Shown here: positions 17,692 through 25,960 of the stretch, in pieces | Layout: every line of letters begins with the position of its first letter | Numbering within the stretch: position 1 is the first letter of the stretch | From: Planctomycetota bacterium | GTDB taxonomy: Bacteria; Planctomycetota; B15-G4 | Reading direction: 5' to 3' | Assembly (NCBI GenBank): GCA_036229545.1 | Contig: JAZALG010000005.1 | Span: 1-34,440 of the forward strand | Length of the DNA stretch: 34,440 nt | Made by a program: the position numbers and the translations under genes | Notes under the pieces: generated by a model | Told to the model about the DNA's origin: nothing | What the model saw: only the letters and a program-made list of their open reading frames with translations | The model's database searches: none

Positions 17692-18774
17692 CTAATGGCC
17701 AAGAGCTGGTTTGAGCGTCCTGGCTTCTCGCTTCTCAGGCTCCTCCGTCAATTCAGGCCGGACAAGATGTCGGCCACTCAACTCCGCAATACACTCGACC
17801 TCTTCGACAAGCGTTGCAAAGTCCTCAAAGTTCAAAGCCTGTGCAGCATCACAGCGGGTTGTCTCTGGACAAGGATGCACTTCCACGAGAAGGCCGTCTG
17901 CTCCTACAGCCACCGCCGCACGGGCAAGAGCCGGAACGAGGCTGTGATTTCCAGCGGCGTGACTCGGGTCCACGATCACCGGCAGGCCCGTCCTCTCTTG
18001 CAGCCATGGAACAACCGCAAGGTCCAGCATGTACCGCACATGATGGTCGCTGGTCTTCACGCCGCGCTCGCAAAGGATGACTTGGTCATTTCCCTCCTTC
18101 AGGATGTACTCAGCGGCCAAAAGCCATTCCTCGGCATCCGCCGCCATGTGGCGCTTCAAGAGAATCGGCTTGCCCAGGCGTGCGACCTCGATGAGGAGGG
18201 GGACATTTTGCATGTGACGTGCGCCAACCTGGACTCCATCAACCATGTCGCCAACCATGGAAACCTGGCGGGGGTCCGTCAGTTCTGTGAAGAAGGGAAG
18301 GCCTACCTCTTTCGCCGTCGCCATCATGGTTTGGACGGCTTCCAAGCCTCCACCCTGAAAACTGTGTGGAGATGTCCGGGATTTGAAAGCGCCACCTCGA
18401 AGAGCGGCGGCCCCACTCGCTCGCACTCCCTCGGCGGTTGCCATGAGGATTTGACTATCTTCGATCGTGCATGGACCCGCGACGACAGAGATCGACCCGC
18501 CTCCGAATCGCGCATTCCCCACGGTGATTGCCCGCGAGCCGCTTATCTTCGTTCCATCAACAAGGGGGGTCTTCGTATCGAGTGAAACAACCCGCTCGAC
18601 CCCAGGGATGCGACCGATCGCATCTTTTGGCACGGGGCAAGCGTCTCCTTGAACGACCAGCACGATGCGATCACCCAGGGTTGATTCCTCTGCCTCGACC
18701 CCGAGGTTTTGGAGGACAGTACAGACGGACTGACGCTCGTTCGGACCAGCGTCCAAAGGCAAAAGTATAATCAC
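17692..18774 (-). CDS. aroF: 3-deoxy-7-phosphoheptulonate (DAHP) synthase, type I-beta, with N-terminal regulatory domain
   Basis: AGPC, RGGAFKSRTSPHSFQG, QVGARHMQN, LCERG, VDPSH, LVEVH; N-terminal ACT/ferredoxin-like segment ending in IPGVERVV. Confidence 0.88.
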   Translation of the reverse strand: MIILLPLDAGPNERQSVCTVLQNLGVEAEESTLGDRIVLVVQGDACPVPKDAIGRIPGVERVVSLDTKTPLVDGTKISGSRAITVGNARFGGGSISVVAGPCTIEDSQILMATAEGVRASGAAALRGGAFKSRTSPHSFQGGGLEAVQTMMATAKEVGLPFFTELTDPRQVSMVGDMVDGVQVGARHMQNVPLLIEVARLGKPILLKRHMAADAEEWLLAAEYILKEGNDQVILCERGVKTSDHHVRYMLDLAVVPWLQERTGLPVIVDPSHAAGNHSLVPALARAAVAVGADGLLVEVHPCPETTRCDAAQALNFEDFATLVEEVECIAELSGRHLVRPELTEEPEKREARTLKPALGH

Positions 18775-18902
18775 TAAAACAGCACCCCAAATGCGTCCGC
18801 GGGAAAGCAGATTCGGCCCGACATCAAGTGCCTTACCCTACGACATCACCCCGGGGGCCGGCAACGGGTGGAGGAGAGGTGAAACACGACCAAAGGACGG
18901 TC

Positions 18903-20450
18903 TCAACCATTCCAGTAATCGTCCTCCATGGCCTGGCGCTGTGCCTCCTCATACTCTTCGGGATCTAGGCCATAATCCACGGCCATTCGCCGAGGGTCCC
19001 AATAGGCCTGGAGAGGCCTCAGTGTCACCATCGAGTGTCCCTCAGACGATCCCATTCGCCAAACCACCGTACGAAAACTCTGACGGCGAATGGGTGCTCC
19101 GCTTTCCTCCTCATCCGGCATGTGCTCGGCGATCAACACGCGAATGGTGAAAACCTGGCTGCTCGTCGTGAAAAGCGACGTGAAGTCATTCTGAATCGGT
19201 GAATCGAAGGTGGGCTCAATCCCAAATTCATCCTGAATCTTCTCCCACAGATTGTTGGGATCTTCGAAGACAAAGCGAGTGATGTCCTCGTCTTCCTCCT
19301 CAACCATAGACTCACTCCCCTCTTCACCCGCTGTCTCTGTGTCGGACCCACCACCAAAGGAATTGAGGAGGGAAGAGGCCTCCTCTCCTAGAGCTTCGTA
19401 TTCATCAATCTTCTTTCGAAACTCGACAATTTTCTCCAGATAGGAGGTCGGGATTTCATCGGCGGCCATGGCCCTGAGTACCGCCAGGGGTGCCGTATTC
19501 AAGTTCACAAGGCCGTCATTCGTCGGATTGGCTGTCGTCCCCTCCTCCGACGTTCCTCCTTCTTCCTCCTCCGCATCTGCCACCTCAAAGGGGCTCTGCG
19601 CAAAGGGGTCTTCTTCGACAGGCTCAGGCTTTAACTCGAGGTGAGTCCAGATCGTGAGGTACTCAAGGAGCCCGGGGAAAAACACCTCTTCCTCGATGAA
19701 CCCATAAAGGTGAACAGGTGCCACACCTTCAAGCATGGAGAGTTCAAGTAACGTCAGAGGAAGGTGCTGCTCATCTTCAAATGATGACGGCTCCTCTTGG
19801 AGTTCATCTTGGGCGTTGGTCTTCTTGAGAACAGGTGTGGGAACGGGGTCCACATAGCCGCGATTCCCCTCCACCCAGTCTTCCAGTCCACTAAGAACGA
19901 AGTCTGCTTCTGGTATTCCAAAATCATTGCTCGTCCCCTCAAACACTTCGTCGAGAAGACGCATGAGCATTTCCCGGCGTCGCTCCCTCTCCGATTCGTC
20001 CTCTGCAAACATTCCAAGGAGATTGATCTTTCGATCTTCGTCCACCACCTCAACCACAATGTGAAGATCGCCTCCCATGACGGGAATCAAACTTTCAGAA
20101 TGAGCCCATTCATCCAACTTGCTGTCGGTCGAGGCCGTGAGGTCTTCACTCGCAGCCTCCTCTTCCTCGATTCCCTCGGCCGTATCTCCTCCCGTTGCAT
20201 CGCGCTCGACATCCATGAGTAACGTCGCCACGGCATCTTGAACTGCGGCTTCAGCCAGCCTCCGATAGCGCGTCCCTTCCACATAGGCCGCGACATGGTC
20301 CATTTCCACGACAGCCATGTATTTCACCTGGGCAACCACCACAAGCAAAACCATGAGAACCAACAAGGAAAGGAGCAGAGACGCACCTCTTTCACCGCGC
20401 CTGGAATGTTCCCGCTGACAGCGGTGAGGGCGGTGGGAAAAGGGGGCCAT
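18903..20450 (-). CDS. Type II secretion system minor pseudopilin GspK-like protein, very acidic
   Basis: Prepilin-type leader RRGERG|ASLLLSLLVL (no Glu at +5, as in GspK); DEDRKINL, LEDWV, VNLNTAP..VLRAM, TTSSQVFTI motifs. Likely ATG at 20450; the ORF-track extension to 20768 overlaps the divergent GT2. Confidence 0.75.
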   Translation of the reverse strand: MAPFSHRPHRCQREHSRRGERGASLLLSLLVLMVLLVVVAQVKYMAVVEMDHVAAYVEGTRYRRLAEAAVQDAVATLLMDVERDATGGDTAEGIEEEEAASEDLTASTDSKLDEWAHSESLIPVMGGDLHIVVEVVDEDRKINLLGMFAEDESERERRREMLMRLLDEVFEGTSNDFGIPEADFVLSGLEDWVEGNRGYVDPVPTPVLKKTNAQDELQEEPSSFEDEQHLPLTLLELSMLEGVAPVHLYGFIEEEVFFPGLLEYLTIWTHLELKPEPVEEDPFAQSPFEVADAEEEEGGTSEEGTTANPTNDGLVNLNTAPLAVLRAMAADEIPTSYLEKIVEFRKKIDEYEALGEEASSLLNSFGGGSDTETAGEEGSESMVEEEDEDITRFVFEDPNNLWEKIQDEFGIEPTFDSPIQNDFTSLFTTSSQVFTIRVLIAEHMPDEEESGAPIRRQSFRTVVWRMGSSEGHSMVTLRPLQAYWDPRRMAVDYGLDPEEYEEAQRQAMEDDYWNG

Positions 20451-20574
20451 ATCGAATTCCTGCGTTTTTCGTGCAATGCCAATTGGGGAGTCGTTAGACG
20501 GCTTGGGAGGCAAATCTGTTCCCACTCCTTCCCTAGTGTACCGGCCCGTGGTGGACCCGGCCCGTCTCGGCTCT

Positions 20575-21459
20575 ATGATTCCCCTCGTGGTTGATCTTTC
20601 CATCGTCATTCCAGCATTCAACGAAGCCGAGGCCATCGGCCCTTTTGTCGATGATCTCGTCGGCTGTCTGGCCAGCAGTAAAATCGCACACGAGATCATC
20701 CTGGTGAATGATGGGAGCACTGACGGAACCGGTGAAACAATCCATGATCTCGCCGAGCGACATGACACCGTCAGGGCCCTGTCTCACGGGACAAACCGTG
20801 GATATGGCGCGTCACTCAAGAGCGGCATCAAAGAGGCCGGCGCCGAGATCATCGCGATCACTGATGCGGATGGGACCTATCCTGCCGACAGGGTTGCAGG
20901 CCTGTATCAGAACCTTCAGGACGGCAAGTTTGACATGGTGGTAGGGGCCCGCACGGGAGATGAGGTGCACATCCCTTTAATTCGGCGGCCCGCCAAGGCT
21001 CTTATTGGGTGTCTCGCCAATTATGTTTCCGGGACAAAAATCCCAGATTTGAACTCGGGACTCCGAGTGTTTCACCGTGACGCAGCCATCGAGTGTTTCC
21101 ATCTCATTAGTGATGGTTTCAGTTTCACAACGACCATCACCTTGTCCTTCATTGCCCGTCACCGTTCCGTCGAATACATCCCCGTCGACTACGGTCACCG
21201 AACCGGGCGAAGTAAAATTCACCCGATTCGAGATACCTTGAATTTCTTTGTTCTCATCGTTCGCACGGCTGTCTTTTTTCAGCCACTCAAAATTTTTGCA
21301 CCGACAAGCCTTCTTCTCACCGCGGGCGGCATCGCCTGGGGGGTCGTCCAAATCCAACGGGACGGGGGTATCGGAGACGCGCCGGTCCTGCTTCTGGTGA
21401 GCGCTCTGCAGGTCTTTCTCGTGGGTTTGATCGCAGACATGATTAGTCGGCGCGGCTGA
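20575..21459 (+). CDS. Glycosyltransferase family 2 (polyprenol-phosphate glycosyltransferase-like) with two C-terminal TM helices
   Basis: SIVIPAFNE, VNDGSTDGT, NRGYGASLK, intact DADG, VVGAR, DLNSGLR, R.G.SK; start ATG 20575 or GTG 20587. Confidence 0.9.
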   Translation: MIPLVVDLSIVIPAFNEAEAIGPFVDDLVGCLASSKIAHEIILVNDGSTDGTGETIHDLAERHDTVRALSHGTNRGYGASLKSGIKEAGAEIIAITDADGTYPADRVAGLYQNLQDGKFDMVVGARTGDEVHIPLIRRPAKALIGCLANYVSGTKIPDLNSGLRVFHRDAAIECFHLISDGFSFTTTITLSFIARHRSVEYIPVDYGHRTGRSKIHPIRDTLNFFVLIVRTAVFFQPLKIFAPTSLLLTAGGIAWGVVQIQRDGGIGDAPVLLLVSALQVFLVGLIADMISRRG

Positions 21460-21562
21460 CCCTCCCGCTCCGATTCGGCATTGCCTCCGTCCTCTCCCCG
21501 GACCAAAAATACCCCCTCTGATAGAGTGAGCGTTCTACGTCCCTCTTTATTTTGAGAAGGCC

Positions 21563-24500
21563 TTGCGGGTGATCACTGTCGACACAGATCTCGAGCAAAA
21601 AACGAGGGTTTCAAAACGCCACTCGCGCGCTCTATTCATCCTGCGAAAGATGCCCACGGTTTGCGTCTTTCTCATGTGCCTCGCAGCAACCGTCGCGACT
21701 CAAGACAAGCCCCCAAGCACCCCCCTCGCCCAGCGCTTTGCGGAAGGGTGGCGATGGCGCTCCATCCACCCCGTCGACAATTTTCGGTTCGTCACACTCA
21801 CCGGAACAGTCAACGGGCTGCAACTCACGAGCAATCGCGGCATTCACCACTACAACAACGGGGCATGGGACCTGGAGTTGGAAGCCTGGCACCCTCTTCA
21901 CGCTGCATGGACTGACGTTTCATTCATTCATCTCATCGGCTCCTTAAAAACAGACGCCGGGATCTTGTTGGTGTCCAACCAGTCGGTCACATCCATTACC
22001 AATGACGGGGAACGAAAAGTGCTCTTTGGCGAGGGAGTTGACGCCTCCCTCAATCTTCACGGACAAGCCACCCAGAACGGGTTGATCACCGCAGTGGCAC
22101 GACTCGACTCGGAACACCTCGTCGTTGCCATCCAGGATGGGCTCTACACGGCTTCGATGTCGGAAATAGAAATCCTGACACGTTCTCCGTCAGGAGCCGG
22201 CCCAATCGTTGGAATGACACGAGATTCCGATGGGGTGTTTTGGCTCTCCACGAGATCGGCGCTCTGGCGCTGGCCGGGAAAAGGAAGTTGGGAACGCCTG
22301 TCTGTTAGCCCTGACGTCGCTCCCGTCGGCAACATGCCTTTCGTCCTCGCCCAAAATGGGCGTGCATGGTTTCTTCCTCACCAACGACAAGGCCCTCAAC
22401 GCCTCCTTCACTGGGATGGTCACAACCTCGCCGAGTTGGATTCGGGGAAACTTCTCTCTGGCCTGACGGATGCAATCCTCGCCCCCGACGGGACGTTGGT
22501 CGCAACATCTCCAACCAGAGGGCTCCAAGTCTGGGAAAATCATCGTTGGAGCATGGTCGACCCATCCCCTCCGTCCTCTGGCTGGACAGCGGGCCCTGAA
22601 CAGCTTGCATGGTCACAACACCATCTCGCGGTCCTTTCCTCCGATGGCGAATTGCGCATCTGCGATACCGGGTCGCGTCGATGGAGCCGCGCCGAGGCTG
22701 ACACTGTTGGCCTGATGAGTTCCATCCACGCCATCTCGCCTGCACGAGAAGGGGGACTCTGGCTCGGCACCGAAGAGGGCCTCGCCCGTTTCAAGGATGG
22801 GTATGTGGAGATGACAACGCTTTCAGGTGATGATCCCAATGGGCCCATCGGAACCATTACGTCCGTCGTGGAGGACAACCAGGGCCAGGTCTGGGTCGGG
22901 AGTCAGCAAAACTTTCGAGGACTCCGCCGCTATGAAATCGCCAATGATGCGTGGCACCAGGTGTTCAGCCTTGAGGGGCCAGAGTTCCTTTCTGTCCGAG
23001 ATCTTGTGGTCCTCTCCGATGGCACCCTTATTGCAGCGGTGGTTCGGCCCGGTCAGAGTTTCGGGACGAGCATTGAAGTCGGCTCCGAGCCCGCCATGGG
23101 CGGCATTGCCTGGTTTGATGGGACAAACTGGCACCGCGTTGAGTCCGTTGACGGCTTAGCCCTTGGCGAATGCACTGACCTCTCCGTCTCGACCAACGGT
23201 TCGGTCTGGGCCGCCACGGCCTCGGGAATCCTTCATTGGGTTGCTGGCCAATGGACCCGGATGACACTCCCTCCGGCAATCCCTCCTCCCGTAGCCATCC
23301 ACATCGATCAAGATCAATACCTCTGGGTCGGCTACGGGAATAGCCAGCAAGGCGTCCACCGCCTTTCCATGACAAACAAGCGAGGTCGAATCGACGCGTC
23401 ATGGATGGAGGCCTATGCCACCGAGTTTGCGCAGGTGTCGTCAGGCAAGATCTACTTCGCGTCCATGTTCGGCCTGCACTATGCAGACAAAGCAACACCC
23501 GGAGTGACGTTTGCTGTCGCAGACCTAGGCTCCCTTCGCAGCGCCTACACCGCGATGGAAAGCGACAGCCAGGGCGGACTGTGGCTTGGCGCCCAAGCAA
23601 GCGGCCTGTTTCACTTCACGCCAGAAGACACTGTCCCACCCATTCTCCTCGGCCTCGACTGGACCTACCCCGGCTCCGAGGGCGACGTCACCATTTCCTG
23701 GCAAGCCACTGACAGGTGGCATGATACCCCGCCGGAAAACCTCCAGTTTCGCTATCGAGTGACGACTGCCGACGCGTTTAACTCCAGCGATACATGGTCA
23801 CCCCCTCTTCAAGGAGTTCGTTCCCTTTCCTTGCACCATCTCAGCGCGGGGTCTCACATGGCGGAAGTGCAGGTTTTCGACATGGCGGGAAACACAACCA
23901 CGGCGGTGCTGAAAGATCGGATTGATGTTCCTCTGCCCTGGTACATGCATCCTGTCGTCCTGCTTCTCGCCTGCCTTGCATTCTTGTCTCTCGTCAGCGC
24001 CCTTGTGTTCTGGGTCCGACACAATCGAGTGCGCCTAGAAAGTCGCGCCCTCCTTCTTGAAGCCCAAGAAGAAGAGCGGCGAAGGCTTTCTCGAGAACTT
24101 CATGATGACCTTGGGCAATTACTCACCGCGACACGCATTCGCCTTGAGCAAGCCGCTGGAGCCCGACGCGTTCCCCAACGAAATGAGGCGATCCGTCATG
24201 CTCTCGACGCCACCGTCAAGTCACTCGAGAGAGTACGCCGTATTTCTCGCCTTCTCAGGCCTCGTGTCCTCGACGAAATCGGCCTCAAAGAAGGAATCCA
24301 TTCCCATCTTGATGAAGTGGAAGCGGGGGGTGAATTCACTCTCGAACGAATTTTCGACTTTGAAAATTCAGATATCCCTCCCAAAGCGGAAACCCACCTC
24401 TACCGAGTCGTCCAAGAAGCCTTGAACAATGTCAGCAAGCACGCTCAGGCCAATCACGTGAAGATTTCCCTCCGCAGGAACCAGAATGCACTGGAATTAG

Positions 24501-24745
24501 AGATTGCCGATGACGGAAGGGGATTCGACTCGACTCAGGACTCCGACATCATGGGACTAGGACTCCGGGGAATGGGTGAACGCGCCAAGCTGATGAACGC
24601 TTCTTATGACATCAGTTCCAAGTTGGGAAAAGGAACCATTCTCCAGGTGGCAATCCCCCTTGAGAAAAACCTACCCTCCGAAACCGTGCCAGATCTCGAA
24701 CAAGAAGAAATACACGCCGACAATGAACAGGAACAACCCTCTTAG
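21563..24745 (+). CDS. Sensor histidine kinase: extracytoplasmic beta-propeller repeats + Ig/Y_Y_Y-like domain, TM, HisKA_3, HATPase_c
   Basis: Propeller repeats (DSDGVFWL, GGLWLGTEEGL, EDNQGQVWVG); TM near aa 795-818; QEEERRRLSRELHDDLGQ H-box; QEALNNVSKHA, IADDGRGF, GLGLRGM. True start may be 21569 or 21650. Confidence 0.92.
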   Translation: MRVITVDTDLEQKTRVSKRHSRALFILRKMPTVCVFLMCLAATVATQDKPPSTPLAQRFAEGWRWRSIHPVDNFRFVTLTGTVNGLQLTSNRGIHHYNNGAWDLELEAWHPLHAAWTDVSFIHLIGSLKTDAGILLVSNQSVTSITNDGERKVLFGEGVDASLNLHGQATQNGLITAVARLDSEHLVVAIQDGLYTASMSEIEILTRSPSGAGPIVGMTRDSDGVFWLSTRSALWRWPGKGSWERLSVSPDVAPVGNMPFVLAQNGRAWFLPHQRQGPQRLLHWDGHNLAELDSGKLLSGLTDAILAPDGTLVATSPTRGLQVWENHRWSMVDPSPPSSGWTAGPEQLAWSQHHLAVLSSDGELRICDTGSRRWSRAEADTVGLMSSIHAISPAREGGLWLGTEEGLARFKDGYVEMTTLSGDDPNGPIGTITSVVEDNQGQVWVGSQQNFRGLRRYEIANDAWHQVFSLEGPEFLSVRDLVVLSDGTLIAAVVRPGQSFGTSIEVGSEPAMGGIAWFDGTNWHRVESVDGLALGECTDLSVSTNGSVWAATASGILHWVAGQWTRMTLPPAIPPPVAIHIDQDQYLWVGYGNSQQGVHRLSMTNKRGRIDASWMEAYATEFAQVSSGKIYFASMFGLHYADKATPGVTFAVADLGSLRSAYTAMESDSQGGLWLGAQASGLFHFTPEDTVPPILLGLDWTYPGSEGDVTISWQATDRWHDTPPENLQFRYRVTTADAFNSSDTWSPPLQGVRSLSLHHLSAGSHMAEVQVFDMAGNTTTAVLKDRIDVPLPWYMHPVVLLLACLAFLSLVSALVFWVRHNRVRLESRALLLEAQEEERRRLSRELHDDLGQLLTATRIRLEQAAGARRVPQRNEAIRHALDATVKSLERVRRISRLLRPRVLDEIGLKEGIHSHLDEVEAGGEFTLERIFDFENSDIPPKAETHLYRVVQEALNNVSKHAQANHVKISLRRNQNALELEIADDGRGFDSTQDSDIMGLGLRGMGERAKLMNASYDISSKLGKGTILQVAIPLEKNLPSETVPDLEQEEIHADNEQEQPS

Positions 24746-24754
24746 AGAAACCTC

Positions 24755-25543
24755 GTGATGTCGAAAGACTTGAGTGACAAGCATGCTTTGGTTTGCGGGG
24801 CCTCTTCGGGTATCGGGAGAGCCGCTGCGATTGCCCTTGCTCAACGCGGTGCTGCAGTCACGGCCCTGGCTCGCCGAACAGCATTGCTGGAAGGGCTCCT
24901 TCCAGAACTTCTCGACGCCGGGGCAAGCGCCGCTCAAGCCCTCACTGCGGACTTAGACAACAGGGAAGAACTTGTTCCTGTCATTGATTCGTTTCTTGCC
25001 GATCACGGCCCCTGCCACATCCTCGTGAACAACACCGGCGGCCCCCACTCCGGGCCCATCCTTGAGGCAGAAGACAGCGACTTTCTTATCCCCTTTGGAC
25101 GGCACATTCTGGCCAGCCACCTGCTCGTCCGTCGGCTTCTTCCGGGGATGGTGGAGGCAGGATACGGAAGGATTGTGAACGTGGTGTCGATCTCTGTCCG
25201 AGAGCCCATCCCCAACCTCGGGGTGAGCAATACCATCCGAGGAGCCATGGCCTCCTGGGCTAAATCCGTCTCTCACGAACTTCCCCCCGGGATTACGATC
25301 AACAACGTCCTGCCTGGATTCACCGATACAGAGCGACTCGGCGAACTCGCTTCCGCACTTCACCAAAGCACGGGTAGATCCCTCGAAGACATCCGGGAGG
25401 AGTGGATCACACCGGTGCCGGAAGGGCGGCTGGCTTCTCCCCATGAAATCGGAGAAGCCATCGCCTTCCTCGCTTCCCCGACGGCCTCCTACGTCCGCGG
25501 AATCAGCCTTCCGGTAGACGGAGGGCGCCTCCGCGTCATCTAA
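24755..25543 (+). CDS. SDR family oxidoreductase (BKR-like subgroup)
   Basis: CGASSGIG, LVNNTGG, SNTIR in place of YxxxK, NNVLPG, VDGG. Confidence 0.9.
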   Translation: MMSKDLSDKHALVCGASSGIGRAAAIALAQRGAAVTALARRTALLEGLLPELLDAGASAAQALTADLDNREELVPVIDSFLADHGPCHILVNNTGGPHSGPILEAEDSDFLIPFGRHILASHLLVRRLLPGMVEAGYGRIVNVVSISVREPIPNLGVSNTIRGAMASWAKSVSHELPPGITINNVLPGFTDTERLGELASALHQSTGRSLEDIREEWITPVPEGRLASPHEIGEAIAFLASPTASYVRGISLPVDGGRLRVI

Positions 25544-25558
25544 TCCGGCCCCTCGGCC

Positions 25559-25918
25559 TTAACCGATCACGCCCGAAGCGAGAAGCAGCAGAACGACCAT
25601 CGCCGTCGCGGCCAGAGCGAGCACCATCACAGCGCCGGCAGCCATATCTTTAACTGCCTTGATGGCGTCGTGTTTTTCGGGGTGAAGATGGTCGGAGAGT
25701 CGTTCGATCGCAGAGTTCATCAACTCAGCCGCCAAGATCGCTGCGGCAAGTGCTATCACGAGACCCCACCAAACAAGGTCGGGTTTGAGCCATGCCAAAA
25801 ACCCGCAGACGAAGACAAGCCCCACCACCTCAATCCGAATGCTTACCTCTGAGCGCCAAGCCTCCCGTAGGCCAGAAAAAGCAAAACCCGCTCGGCGCCA
25901 CTGGTTCTGCCCCTTCAT
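25559..25918 (-). CDS. dgkA: Prokaryotic diacylglycerol/undecaprenol kinase (DgkA family)
   Basis: AFSGL...E.SIRIE, ELMNSAIE..SD, KAVKDMAAGAV; three hydrophobic segments. Confidence 0.9.
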   Translation of the reverse strand: MKGQNQWRRAGFAFSGLREAWRSEVSIRIEVVGLVFVCGFLAWLKPDLVWWGLVIALAAAILAAELMNSAIERLSDHLHPEKHDAIKAVKDMAAGAVMVLALAATAMVVLLLLASGVIG

Positions 25919-25960
25919 GAGGGAAATCCATCGAGAGAAGTCGCGTCGTTCGTCATCGCA

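Noticed and set aside
17659-18585. 308-aa plus-strand ORF
   Set aside because: Antisense shadow of aroF.
20451-20768. N-terminal extension of the GspK-like ORF
   Set aside because: Overlaps the divergent GT2; the prepilin leader fits ATG 20450.
24755-25543. SDR lacking YxxxK as another pseudoenzyme
   Set aside because: SxxxR at this position is a known feature of a BKR-like SDR subgroup.
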